Below are positions 37,713-52,570 of a DNA stretch of 64,000 nt, one piece after another (the stretch's first letter is position 1; each line of letters starts with the position of its first letter). Position numbers and translations under genes: made by a program. The notes beneath the pieces were generated by a model. It searched no databases and was not told the origin of the DNA. It was given only the letters and a program-made list of their open reading frames with translations. Origin of the DNA: Amoebidium appalachense. Lineage: Eukaryota > Protista > Ichthyosporea. The stretch spans positions 682,001 through 746,000 of the forward strand of contig CAVNZM010000005.1 of the NCBI GenBank assembly GCA_963693365.1, given 5' to 3'.

Positions 37713-39201
37713 TAGGCCACCTCCTGTGGCCAAGGCAACCCGTGGTCGAGGCACAACTGCAGAAGCTGCCACAGAATGCGCTGCATCGAGGGGCTGCCGC
37801 TGCCCTTTTTCCGCACGGCCCCAAGGGCCGCCTGGGCATCGGCTTGCCACTGCACCCGCTGCCCACGGAGGGCTTCCTGCAGGGCAGGGCTCTGATAGGC
37901 CTCCAACAGGCCCTCACACTCCGCAATCGCCGCCGCCCGCGGAGCGTCGTCGGCTGCCCACCTGCCCGCCGCCTCAAGCGCAGGGGCAGGGGATCCCGCC
38001 ACTTAAAGCACGGCCCCCCAGCCGTGTGTGGTGGCGGCATCCGTGATGAGCGTAACCGTGACCGGGTTGGGCCATATCTCTGCCCGAGGCAACAGGCCAA
38101 TGAACTGGGGCGTACGACCGATAATCCGTAACTGACGCCCCGAAAGCAGAACGAAACTGCGCCAATTCCCCCCGCGTAGGGCGGCATACACTGGCCGCAC
38201 CAACGTCAGCACGTGAGGAGTGGCAGCCCGCAGACTCATGACCACCCCCAACCACCGGGCGACTTGCTTCTTTTCCACCCATCGCTTGCCCTTGCGAGCC
38301 TTGGCCATCACCCGCTTGGTCTCCTCCACCTGGTCCAGCTTCTCCATAGAGGTGGCGGTAGGGGCCAACACACCCGCGGCAAGGTCGGTCAACATGGATG
38401 CCTAGATGGTCGAGGTGGTCGGTGGGCTCCCACTGGCCCTTCTCCGTATTTCGGCTCAGGCCCGTTGCCTCGAGCTCCCCCTCAACAACACCGCGAGTTT
38501 GCAGCGCCTTTAGCGGCCGTTCGACGACCAACCAGTCGTCCAAGAACGCTAACGTGCGCACACCGCGCCGGTGAAGACGCCGACCGAACTCCTTCATGAG
38601 CCGCGTGAAGTAGTATGGGCTGAGGGAATAGCCGAAAGGCAGCACAGTGTACTGATACAGCTGGCCGCCAAACCGAATCTGAAAAATATTTACGCCACCG
38701 TGGCGCAATTGCCAGCGCAAAGTAGCCGTCCTCCAGGTCGAAACTGAAGCCGTGGTCACCTGGCTGAGCAATGACCTGCAGGTCACTGAGCGTCTCGTAC
38801 TTGAGGCCCCGCTGTACGGCATACTCATTCACTGGGCGCATGTCGATTATAAGCCGCACTTTACCGTTTGGTTTCCGCACCCCAAACGTGGTCGACACGC
38901 AATGCTTCCTGGACTCGTCGATGGGTTCAAGTGCGCCCTTACCCACTAAACGCGCAACTTCCACCAACGCCTCCTCCTCCGAAACTTCGCCCAAGTTTAG
39001 GTACCTCCCCATGTCGTGGGGAGGTGGCGGCCCAGCGCACCATTCGGGTGTGATGCCATACTTAATCCAGAAGAGCACGTCCTTGGCTGCTCCACCGCGC
39101 GCCCACTCGTCGTGGCACGCACGCACTTGTTGATAGAGCGGTGCAGGTGCTACCCCGCCCACTGGCTTACTGGGAGCACACATAACCGGCCGCCCCCGCA
39201 C
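37713..39201 (-). pseudogene. DIRS-like reverse transcriptase and RNase H, with several frameshifts
   Basis: FGVRKPNGKVRLIIDMRPVN, FSFDLEDGYF, YQYTVLPFGYSLSPYYFTRLM, LAFLDDWLV, HLGIHVD and LITDAATTHGWGAVL are spread over ORFs 38482-39201, 37974-38828, 38003-38395 and 37700-38002. Confidence 0.88.
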
Positions 39202-40679
39202 AGACCACTGCTGCCGGGGCCCACTCTAGGACTAGAGAGCAGCACACGTTGCTGCTGTACATGCTCACGCGAGCAGCCCACACGGGCTAACGTTGCCAGA
39301 CGTGCCTAGGTGCTTATAGCTACACAAACAACCCCAAAACACAACCCCACTTGGGTTTTGCAAAACTCATGAGCACATCCGGTCTCAATGATCTGCGGTT
39401 CCTGGGCCTATTATTATAGCTAAAGTCTAGGGACCTACACGACTGACTATAGCGCTCACTGCGCTCAAAAGCTTTGGTCTTGGTCACTAGACCGGCCTCA
39501 CTAACGCGCGCTTCTCCTAAGAGAAGCGGCGAGGAAAAGACTGTTTGAGAGAAGCGAAAAACGCGACTTTTATAGTCATGAAGAAGCGGAGTCGGCGAAG
39601 CTTCGACACATCAGCAAACTTCCCGGAAGTATTGCCAAAGTATTATTTGCTATTGGCGCTATTGGCGATATTGGCAATAGAACCCCTTGCCGCCAATAGG
39701 AACGCCATATTGCAATAATATTGCTTTGGTATTGTCAATGGTAATACAGTACCAATACCCTCTATTGTCGATATCCCGCTGATATGAATATATTATCCAG
39801 TATATGTTACATCAATATCGCCAATACATTAGAGTGCCATTACATTGCCATTGCATTACTATTGCGCTAGCATTATAGACGTATTGCCAATATCAATTAT
39901 ACCCGGGCGATATTACAATAACAACCAAATAATATCAAAAATACAGATAATGATATGGATAATACTGTATTTTCGCATTGTAGTTGCACTACGAACGCAT
40001 TATTAATGTATTGCCAATATGTAATTCATAGAAATACAAAGATTTAAATATCAAGAAACATATAAACAATGTATTGCCAACATATGATCCAACTATAATC
40101 AATATATAAATGCGGTATCGCCGATAGGTTGCTTATATATCGTGAGTATATTGATGACATAAACAGAGGTATGATTAATACACTCCCAACACATTACAAA
40201 TAAGAAATATGTAAGTATGTTCCATATCAAGCATATATTGCCAACATACGAATGATACCACCACCATAAAGATATAAGTGTTGATAATGCATTACATATA
40301 TATTATAAATATCACACTATATTATCCAAATACATTGCCAATAAATTGATAATGGGAACGAATGCATGCAAAGTACAGTATAAGTGCGCTTATAATATGA
40401 AAGGCATATCGGAGTAACGTCTTATATCTAAGAATAATACATATGACGAACATTGCCAATGTATTAATAAGAGCTTTATTGATACCTCAATCACATGCTC
40501 AATATATTGGCAATATGCACACGGTACGGTAAGCACAGCCCCATGATCATTATCAATGAATTGCCAATGTATTGCACATGTTGACATCCATACGTGTTCC
40601 GTATGGTCACTTTATTAACTTCGGTTGGATAGTGGCATCGAGCACACAAGTAAACAACACAACTAATATACCACCCCAA

Positions 40680-41175
40680 GAGCAACACAGAAACGAAACA
40701 CGGAAACAACAGCAGCCATAGGACAAAGAGCCCCAGACCCACAGGGTCTTGCCTCCATACTTTATTTACCTTAACAGGACAAAGAGCCGGTACCCACCTA
40801 TGGGTGCTAAACATGCACATGATCATTCATGTGCTATAAGAGCAACACAGAAACGAAACACGGAAACAACAGCAGCCATAGGACAAAGAGCCCCAGACCC
40901 ACAGGGTCTTGCTTCCATACTTTATTTACCTTAACAGGACAAAGAGCCGGTACCCACCTATGGGTGCTAAACATGCACATGATCATTCATGTGCTATAAG
41001 AGCAACACAGAAACGAAACACGGAAACAACAGCAGCCATAGGACAAAGAGCCCCAGACCCACAGGGTCTTGCCTCCATACTTTATTTACCTTAACAGGAC
41101 AAAGAGCCGGTACCCACCTATGAAACGAAAAACGGAAACAACAGCAGCCATAGGACAAAGAGCCGGTACCCACCT
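40680..41175. repeat. 160-bp tandem repeat (~3 copies) inside the TIR element; about one copy in copy 1
   Basis: agagcaacacagaaacgaaacacggaaacaacagcagccataggacaaagagcc... recurs at ~40679, ~40839 and ~40999. Confidence 0.93.
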
Positions 41176-41287
41176 CTAGATGATAACGTAGCCTTATAGC
41201 TGCTGATGACTTCATGGGCCAACCTTGCCAAAACCTGTAAAGGAACTCGAGCTAAGAATTAGCTCATCCTACTTGCGAGAAGTAGGG

Positions 41288-41324
<37 letters not shown>

Positions 41325-42203
41325 GAGGGGGCTGACTGAGAGTGGCAAAAAAAGAGTCGACAGAACCAACCTCAAACATAGTAAGGACGGAAACCCGGAC
41401 CAGAACTTATGAAGTCTAGAGAAGCAGAAAATAGCTTGAACGATCGGTGGAGGGGACGATAGCTATAGTGCTAACAGCAAAGTAGTGCCCACAGTCGCTG
41501 GTTCATGAACGTGAAAGGCAACGTGCATCTGCAGCCAGCAGACACACGCACACGCACGCACGCACGCACACACACATACACACACACACACACAGACACA
41601 GACACAGACATAATCACAGGACGGACACAGACCAGACAGACAAACGCCATATGCACAAAAGCAGGCAACACAAAACTAACCTTCAAGAAGAAGCTGCAGC
41701 ATGCAGCATGGTCCAAAACAATCAGCGCGGTGGCTGCGCGATCTGCGGAGGGGATCTGTGACCAGGCGCTGCGGGAAGGGAACTGCGACCAGGCGACCTG
41801 CGGGAAGGGACTTGCGACCAGGCGACCTGCGGGAAAGGACCTGCGGACCTGCGGGAAGGGGGAAGAGAAATGGAGAAAACAACGTGCGTACAGGCTTAAA
41901 TGGAGAAAAAATTGCAAACCGGATTGGGATTTAGCCAATCACTATTCGCCGCGCCTGATTAGGAAAAAGATAAAAATAGATTTCGGCTCGCGCGCGCGCG
42001 TGCATCAGCCTGGGTGCCCTTAGCGCTACCCTTAGTGCCCTTAGTCACAACTATCAGACTATAGTTACGTGTCCTCCACTTCTTTGTTCTTGACCATTTT
42101 TTCGGCATGAAAGGGTTTCTGTTACTTCTTGCTGTCCTTCTTAGCGTGCTTGCTTGTCTTTTTTTCAACATGGGTGTCACTGGCGCTTTCGACTTCTTTG
42201 AAA

Positions 42204-42251
<48 letters not shown>

Positions 42252-42934
42252 GCGCACGCACACACACTCACACATGCACACTGCACACACACACACACAC
42301 ACACACACAGGCGCGCACACACAGGCACGCACACACACAGGCGCACACCTACACAACACACACAGCACATGCACACACAAGCGCACACACGCACACACCC
42401 TGTTATCCCTGATCATGATGCCCCCTCCCCCCTCCCTCTTCCCCCCCCCGCGCACCCCCCCCCCCCCCCCCCCCCCCCCCCACCCCACCCACCCACCTAC
42501 AAAGACGAATACATTGTACATGTATTGCATACACAAATATACTCGCACATATACATACACACATTCACTTTAATCTTTCAGGCTACATGTGCAATATACA
42601 TTAATTATGCACAGTCGATAGAATTCGTTGTGAAAACCCCCCCCCCCCCCCCCCCCCTCCCCCCTCCTCGTTCCCCCCATATGCAATGGGGATAATATTG
42701 TTTCCCGCTATTTATTAAAAAATCACCGTTCTAACTTCCTAAGACCGAACCACTTGTAACACCGACAGTTTTGGTTGTGTGGAACCCCCCCCCCCCCCCC
42801 CTCCCCCCCCCCCCCCCCCCCCAACCCACCCACCACCTTACCAATATTGAGGTGTACACTGCCCCCACATCCCCAACTGTGTGCTGAATATCCCGTGCTA
42901 GGAAACCAATAACGTGAAAGTAACACATGCCGCA

Positions 42935-45175
42935 TGTGGGTAGTTATTGAAAAAACCAATAATGTCTAGGTAACATACTATGTACATATACTATGCTACA
43001 AAGGGGGTTCTATACGAGCTACAACGTTGTGTTTTTTTCGTGTGACCCTCGTACTCCAGGGGCACATTCACCATCCCCCCCATAAACTTTGTGGTAAAGT
43101 TCTCGTGCTAGAAGCTGTTCTGTGGGTAGTTATTGAAAAAACGAATAATGTCTAGGTAACACATGTACATATGCTATGCTACAAGGGGGGTTCTATTCGA
43201 GCTACAATGTTGTGTTTTTTTTGTGTGACCCTCGTACTCCAGGGGCACATTCACCATCCCCCCCATAAACTTTGTGGCAAATCTCTCGTGCTAGAGGCTG
43301 TTCTGTGGGTAGTTATTGAAAAACCAATAATGTCTAGGTAACGTATGTACATATACTATGCTACAAGGGGGGTTCTATACGAGCTACAACGTTGTGTTTT
43401 TTTCGTGTGACCCTCGTACTCCAGGGGCACATTATCCATCCCCCCCATAAACTTTGTGGTAAATTTCTCGTGCTAGAAGCTGTTCTGTGGGTAGTTATTG
43501 AAAAACAAATAATGTCTAGGTAACATACTATGTACATATACTATGCTACAAGGGGGGTTCTATACGAGCTACAACGTTGTGTTTTTTTCGTGTGACCCTC
43601 GTACTCCAGGGGCACATTCACCATCCCCCCCATAAACTTTTTGGTAAATCTCTCGTGCTAGAGGCTGTTCTGTGGGTAGTTATTGAAAAACCAATAATGT
43701 CTAGGTAACATATGTACATATACTATGCTACAAGGGGGGTTCTATACGAGCTACAACGTTGTGTTTTTTTCGTGTGACCCTCGTACTCCAGGGGCACATT
43801 CACCATCCCCCCCATAAACTGTGTGGTAAATGTCTCGTGCTAGAAGCTGTTCTGTGGGTAGTTATCGAAAAAACCAATAATGTGTAAGTAACACATGTGC
43901 ATATATTATGCTACAGGGGGGGTTCTATTCGAGCTACAACGTTGTGTTTTTTTTGTGTGACCCTCGTACTCTAGGGGCACATTCACCATCCCCCCCATAA
44001 ACTGTGTGGTAAATGTCTCGTGCTCGAAGCTGTTCTGTGGGTAGTTATTGAAAAAACCAATAATGTCTAGGTAACACATGTACATATACTATGCTACAAG
44101 GGGGGTTCGATACGAGCTACAACATTGTGGTTTTTTCGTGTGCCCCTCGTACTCCAGGGGCACATTCACCATCCCCCCCATAAACGTTTTGGTATATTTC
44201 TCGTGCTAGAGGCTGTTCTGTGGGTAGTTATTGAAAAACCCAAAAATGTCTAGGTAACACATGGACATATACTATGCTACAAAGGGGGTTCTATACGAGC
44301 TACAACGTTGTGTTTTTTTCGTGTGACCCTCGTACTCCAAGGGCACATTCACCATCCCCCCCATAAACTGTGTGGTAAATGTCTCGTGCTAGAAGCTGTT
44401 CTGTGGGTAGTTATCGAAAAAACCAATAATGTGTAAGTAACACATGTACATATATTATCAGCTACAAGGGGGGTTCTATTCGAGCTACAACGTTGTGTTT
44501 TTTTTGTGTGACCCTCGTACTCCAGGGGCACATTCACCATCCCCCCCATAAACTGTGTGGTAAATGTCTCGTGCTAGAAGCTGTTCTGTGGGTAGTTATT
44601 GAAAAAACCAATAATGTCTAGGTAACACATATACATATATTATGCTACAAGGGGGGTTCTATTCGAGCTACAACGTTGTGTTTTTTTCGTGTGACCCTCG
44701 TACTCCAGGGGCACATTCACTATCCCCCCCATAAACTTTGTGGTAAATTTCTCGTGCGAGAGGCTGTTCTGTGGGTAGTTATTGAAAAAACCAATAATGT
44801 GTAAGTAACACATGTACAAATATTATGCTACAAGGGGGGTTCTATTCGAGCTACAACGTTGTGTTTTTTTCGTGTGACCCTCGTACTCCAGGGGCACATT
44901 CACCATCCCCCCCATAAACTGTGTGGTAAATGTCTCGTGCTAGAAGCTGTTCTGTGGGTAGTTATTGAAAAAACCAATAATGTGTAAGTAACACATGTAC
45001 ATATACTATGCTACAAGGGGGGTTCTATTCGAGCTACAACGTTGTGTTTTTTTCGTGTGGCCCTCGTACTCCAAGGGCACATTCACCATCTCCCCTTATA
45101 ATTTGTGGTGAATTTATCGTGCTAGAAGCTACTCTGTGGGTAGTTAGTGAAAAAACCCGATGCTTATAAGTAACG
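42935..45175. repeat. Tandem satellite, ~183-bp unit, ~12 copies (same family as 24134-26520)
   Basis: Same unit repeated head-to-tail. Confidence 0.97.
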
Positions 45176-45449
45176 CATGCACAAATTGTCATCATAGCAT
45201 TACACTACCATAGTAGTTGGTCGACAATAACGATATATTGGGAATGTGGACACCATATTGTAAACCAAAAAATAATAACACCATAATATACTACACATAC
45301 CTAACAATGTATTGTGAATGAATAAAATACTTGCTTACGTGCTGGTAACATACGAGAAACAAGGATTCTCTCGCTCTTTTTTTCTTTCTTTTTTGTTTGT
45401 TTTTTTCGTTTGTGTGTGTGTGTGTGCGTGTGTGTGTGTGTGTGTTTAA

Positions 45450-45484
<35 letters not shown>

Positions 45485-46054
45485 CGTTTTGCAGATATAT
45501 CGACTAGAGTCCCTCATCAGGGGACACATTCACAGTACTTTATTAAGATCGGCCTTCAAGGCCAAAAAAGCTCGATCTCGAGTAAGATTAGATAGCATTT
45601 TATGAGGCCGGCCAGGCCTTAAATACAAAAAGGAGAAAAAACAACACACAGCTAAACATAGATCTAATATTAGCTAAATCAATCGACACACTGGTACATT
45701 GCCTGGAGTAAACCGCATCTATCCCACTGGTACATGTACTGTCATCATCCAACCAACACCCGTGTAGTACCTTTGTCAAGCGTTCCTACGATACTACATA
45801 AGAGAAGAGAGGGTTATATGTGTACGTGTGTACGTGTGTACGTGTGTGTGTATGTGTGTATGTGTGAGGGAGGGAGGGAGGGAGGGTTGGGAGGGAGGGA
45901 GGGAGGGAGGGGGGAGGGAGGGGGGAGGGAGGGAGAGAAAGAGAGAAAGAGAGAGAGTGTGCATGTCTGTATGTGTGTGTGTGTGTGTGTGTGTTTGCGT
46001 GTGTGTGTGAGTGCATATGTGAGTGTGCATGTGCATGTGCATGTGCATGTGTGT

Positions 46055-46097
<43 letters not shown>

Positions 46098-46569
46098 GGA
46101 GGGAGGGAGGGAGGGACGGAGGGAGGGAGGGAGGGAGGGAGGGAGGGAGGGACGGAGGGAGGGAGGGAGGGATGGTTGGGAGGGAGGGAGGGAGGGGGGG
46201 AGGGAGGGAGGGAGGGAGGGAGAGAAAGAGAGAGAGACTGTGTGTGTGTGTGCATATCTGTATGTGTGTGTGTATGTGCGTGTTTGCGTGTGTGCGTGTG
46301 TGCATGTGTGAGTGTACATGTGCATGTGTGTGTGTCTGTGTGTGCATATGTGCATGTGTGTGTGTGTGTGTGTGTATGCGTGTCTGTGTCTGATGTGTGG
46401 ATGTCTGTGTATGTTGTGTGTGTGTGTATGTCTGTGTGTGTGTATGTGCTCAGTTGAAAGGGAAGGGGGGGGAGAGGGGGGATGCACCGTGTGTGTGCAT
46501 GTGTGCACGTGTGTGTGTGTGTGCTCTGTGGAGAGGGAAGGGGAGGGGGGGAAATGCACCGTGTGTGTG

Positions 46570-46629
<60 letters not shown>

Positions 46630-46772
46630 TTGTGTGTTTGTCTGTGTGTGCATGTCTGTGTGCGTCGTGTGTGGTGTGTGTGTGTATGTGCATGTCTGTG
46701 CATGTGTGCATGTGCTCGGTGGAGAGGGAAGGGCAAGGGGGGGATTCGTGTCCGTGCATGTGTGCATGTGTG

Positions 46773-46823
<51 letters not shown>

Positions 46824-47045
46824 ATGTATGTGTGTGTGTATGTGCTCAGTTGAGAGGGAAGGGGGGGGGGGGGATGCACCGTGTGTGTGCATGTGTGCAC
46901 GTGTGTGTGCTCTGTGGAGAGGGAAGGGGAGGGGAGGAAATGCACCGTGTGTGTGCATATGTGTGTGTGTCTCTCTGTATGTGTGTGTGTGTGTGTTGTG
47001 TGTTTGTGTGTGTGAGCATGTCTGTGTACGTCGTGTGTGTGTGGT

Positions 47046-47106
<61 letters not shown>

Positions 47107-47247
47107 GGTGTGTGTGTGTGTCCCGGTGTGCATGTGCGTGCGTGTGTGTGAGTGCATGTTTTTGGAGTGCATGTTTTTGCATTGTGTGCGAGCATGTGGA
47201 TGCCTTGGTGAGAACAAGATTGGACGGTGTCGAATGCTGTGTGTGTT

Positions 47248-47281
<34 letters not shown>

Positions 47282-47693
47282 CTGTGTGCGTGTGTGTTTT
47301 TTTGGGGGGAGAGGGGTAGTAGGAGGACAAGGGGGGGGGGGGGGGGGTGGTAAAGAGTACGAGAGAAAGGGGTAGAATTTCAGACATGTGGAGGCTTGAG
47401 CAAAAGCAGGTTAAGTCCATAATGGGTAAAACCGGCGCTGGAACGAGAGGGGAAGGGGGGGGGGGGGGGGGGGGGGGAGGGGGGGGGGGGGGGGGGGGGT
47501 GATGATGTGTGCATTCGAGGGTGGCAGCCAAAGAAGCAAAGCATCGCAAAGGACATTGGAATAGAGGGACACAGGACCAAAACAGGATCAATGGGAGAAG
47601 AGGGAAAAAAATTAATAGTTATCGGGGAGGGATAAGAAGAAATACTGCAAGTAATCGAGGCGAACAGGTATGGGGGGAACCGGGCAGGAAGAA

Positions 47694-47726
<33 letters not shown>

Positions 47727-48034
47727 GAAGGACGAGAGGGTGGGTCACAAGACAGAGATTATTCAGTACAGACTAAGGCTTCAGTCGGGAAGGGAGGGGG
47801 GGGGGGAGGGAGGGGGGAGGGGAGAGGAGGGGTGGGGGGGGGTCATAAAAGGACAAGGAAAGGAGGTGACTTCAGCAACCAGTCGAGGCTTGAACAAGAG
47901 TAGGTGAAGTTTGTAACGGTTAGCAAAACTGGTGCTAGAACGAGAGAGGAAACACACAGTGAAACGTAAAAGAGGGTAGAGAGTTGAGAGGAAGAAGGGG
48001 AAGTTTGTGTGTGTGCGTGTATGCATGGGTGGGT

Positions 48035-48159
<125 letters not shown>

Positions 48160-48434
48160 TGGTTACACTGGCAGCGTCCGTGGTGATGGGTTTGGGGGGG
48201 AAGGGGGTGAGGGGAGTGAGGGATGTTTCGAAGAAAGAAAAGTATTGCAAGTAACAAGGGGGCATAAAGACATAGGACTAAAACAAAATGGAGGGGGAGG
48301 AGGGGGGGATGCTGTAAACTTTGATGCGTCTCGGGGACGTGTGTAGGGACTGCGAGTTCTCTTAGATTTGCATTTCAGAATTTTTACTCTATTCCTCCAG
48401 GTTTTTTTTATATTTTTTTTAGGGTTGGGTTGGG

Positions 48435-48470
<36 letters not shown>

Positions 48471-50688
48471 GTCATTACTTTCCTGTATTATCCTTTATGC
48501 TACTTCAAGTTTTATACCCTACCGCTTACACAGGATGTAGGCTGGTGAAAGGTTTAATGGTGGGACGTTCGGTGACGTTTGTACCACGGACCACGGGAAC
48601 ATCTTCCCCAGGAACAGTATTCAAAACAAAGAACTTTTATATTTTGAGGTGCTAAAAACGTGAGGACCACTTGTTATGGCCGTTGCCCTTCTCAATCTTG
48701 GTACGGAAATGCACCCATATTATACTGCAAATGTATTGTATATGACGTGTGTATATCGTACAGGTACTGGTAGTATATTGATAGTACCTCCTACGTAATG
48801 ATTTGTTCGCATTCGAACATACTGGCAGTATATACTGAGACTATAACCAATATATGGTGTCCTTAGCTGTGTCCGTATTGGTGACAGTATTATAGATGTA
48901 TTCGTGACATTGCCAATACCACTTGTGCCTTAGATATTCGCAATAGGATAAAAGTTTTCTTGCTATATCATGTTTATGTCCTACTAATATGGATGTGATA
49001 TGGGTAGGATATGATCTACATAATGTCAGTATATGTCCACCCTAATACCACGGTATTAGCAATGTACTGCGCATACAAGGACTACACTCCGAACATGTTT
49101 GTTGAACATGTGTTGGCAATACATTCACAATATTGCAACTACATAGGTAAAGTGACCTGTTCTTTCATCCCCAATATTGTACCAATATATTGGCAATAAA
49201 ATACACGCACCATATTTTCGGTTGCTTTTACCTATTGATAATAGGTGCATAATAGTCTTGATATTGTGACGGATACATTGGCAATACATTTGGACCGTAT
49301 TGAGACCCTATTATAAGCATATCACAACCCTATAACCAATAGCGACGTTATGTTTGTATCGGCCATATGGGACATATGTGTTGGGTATATTGCCAATAAC
49401 CCAAAATGGTCAGGAATAATACATTCATAATATATTGGCAATAGTCTTGCCACGTTGGACAATACCATAATTTGCACAAAATTATCCTACATTTTATATA
49501 TTCATAACTTATTGACAATACTCCGCAAGCAATAGTATAATACCGAATAAATACATTGACAATATCGAAATTGTATTGTTAATAGGCACACGTACACGCG
49601 TTTTGAGATATTGCCAGTACATTACTCATACGGTATATAGTTATTGGTGGTAGACCCGGCATGGTATGACAATAATATCAAAATATGTTGCCGATATTAC
49701 GTCAATATTACAGTTCTATTACACTTCTATAGCGTCTCTACCACAGAAAATCTCTACTCGCAATACATTGGCAATGGATAATTGATATTACTTCAGTATT
49801 AATCTGGTATTTTTACGATATTGGCAATAGATAATAGCCTCACAATATTGGCAATACCGCCGGGAAGTTTGCTGATGCATCTCAGTCATGAAGAAGCGGA
49901 GTCGGCGAAGCTTCGACATCTCAGTATTGGAGTCCGGCAAGCCGCGGTTTGAGTCCGTCCGTGAGTCCGTGAGTCCGTGAGTCCGTGAGTCCGTGAGTCC
50001 GTGAGTCCGTGAGTCCGCGCCTGAACGGGGCAGAACGATTGGCAGAGATTAAATAGCCTTATATGGTAACTAACGAGCATGTAATGCCGCGGACGTGGGA
50101 GCGGGGCAAAACTATTGGTGATCGTGTTTCATGTTATTGCTTAAAAAGCCTTCATATGGTAACCATGGTGATCGTGTTTCGTGTTTGCCAGAAGATTCGG
50201 GATTTTCTGGAAGTCTGCTGTGTCGAGCGGTCCGGTAGGGCGTGCTATTACAGTGCCTCCGCGATATTGTCACACCTTAAAACTGTTAAAACATAGAACA
50301 TACCAAGATGTGACAGTATTGTACAGGTCTAGGGGACACTATATATAAGGGGATTTTAGGGGGATTTTAAAGTGCAATGAATTCGGGTCGGGTCGTCAAA
50401 AATAATGACGATATCAAGAGATGAACATATGGGGGTGTGATGATACCGCGGAAGCACTGTACTAATTGCAGTCAATCGATGCGGTAGGCTGCGGTTTGAG
50501 TCTGTGCGCTTCCGGCACAGGCCACCGTTTAAAACAATGTTTTAGTATATTGCAGTCCGGCAGGGTGCGATTTGTAGAGCCTGCCCTAACTGTAGTATCT
50601 GAAAGGGTAGAAATAAGTAGAGAGAGAGAGAGAGAGAGAAAGAGAAAAAGAGAGAAAGAGAGAGAGAGAGAATTAGAAAGAGAGAAGT

Positions 50689-50782
<94 letters not shown>

Positions 50783-50799
50783 GGGGGGGAGGGGGAGGG

Positions 50800-50872
<73 letters not shown>

Positions 50873-50892
50873 AGGGGGGGAGGGAGAGGGGG

Positions 50893-50955
<63 letters not shown>

Positions 50956-50963
50956 TGAGAGAG

Positions 50964-51042
<79 letters not shown>

Positions 51043-52136
51043 CAGAAAGAGCGGGAGGGAGGGGAAGGGGGGAGGAGTAGGGGGGAGATAGAAGTCAGAG
51101 AGCACTCAAATCTCTCACACTCAAGCCCTCCACCTCCGCTTCTTCATGATTAAGGCAAAGCCCGGCAGGGCGTGCCGTTACTAGTATTGGAGTCATGAAG
51201 AAGCGGAGTCGGCGAAGCTTCGACATCTCAGTATTGGAGTCCGGCAAGCCGCGGTTTGAGTCCGTCCGTGAGTCCGTGAGTCCGTGAGTCCGTGAGTCAT
51301 GAAGAAGCGGAGTCGGCGAAGCTTCGACATCTCAGTATTGGAGTCCGGCAAGCCGCGGTTTGAGTCCGTGAGTCCGTGAGTCCGTGAGTCCGTGAGTCCG
51401 TGAGTCCGTGAGTCCGTGAGTCCGTGAGTCCGTGAGTCCGTGAGTCCGTGAGTCCGCGCCTGAACGGGGCAGAACGATTGGCAGAGATTAAATAGCCTTA
51501 TATGGTAACTAACGAGCATGTAATGCCGCGGACGTGGGAGCGGGGCAAAACTATTGGTGATCGTGTTTCATGTTATTGCTTAAAAAGCCTTCATATGGTA
51601 ACCATGGTGATCGTGTTTCGTGTTTGCCAGAAGATTCGGGATTTTCTGAAAGTCTGCTGTGTCGAGCGGTCCGGTAGGGCGTGCTATTACAGTGCCTCCG
51701 CGATATTGTCACACCTTAAAACTGTTAAAACATAGAACATACCAAGATGTGACAGTATTGTACAGGTCTAGGGGACACTATATATAAGGGGATTTTAGGG
51801 GGATTTTAAAGTGCAATGAATTCGGGTCGGGTCGTCAAAAATAGTGACGATATCAAGAGATGAACATATGGGGGTGTGATGATACCGCGGAAGCACTGTA
51901 CTAATTGCAGTCAATCGATGCGGTAGGCTGCGGTTTGAGTCTGTGCGCTTCCGGCACAGGCCACCGTTTAAAACAATGTTTTAGTATATTGCAGTCCGGC
52001 AGGGTGCGATTTGTAGAGCCTGAGAGAGCCGCCCTAACTGTAGTATCTGAAAGGGTAGAAATAAGTAGAGAGAGAGAGAGAGAAAGAAAGAGAAAAAGAG
52101 AGAAAGAGAGAGAGAGAGAATTAGAAAGAGAGAATT

Positions 52137-52227
<91 letters not shown>

Positions 52228-52242
52228 GGGGGGAGGGGGAGG

Positions 52243-52286
<44 letters not shown>

Positions 52287-52304
52287 GGGGGGGAGGGGGA
52301 GGGG

Positions 52305-52380
<76 letters not shown>

Positions 52381-52396
52381 GGGGGGGAGGGGGAGG

Positions 52397-52434
<38 letters not shown>

Positions 52435-52454
52435 GGGGGGAGGGGGAGGGGGGG

Positions 52455-52570
<116 letters not shown>
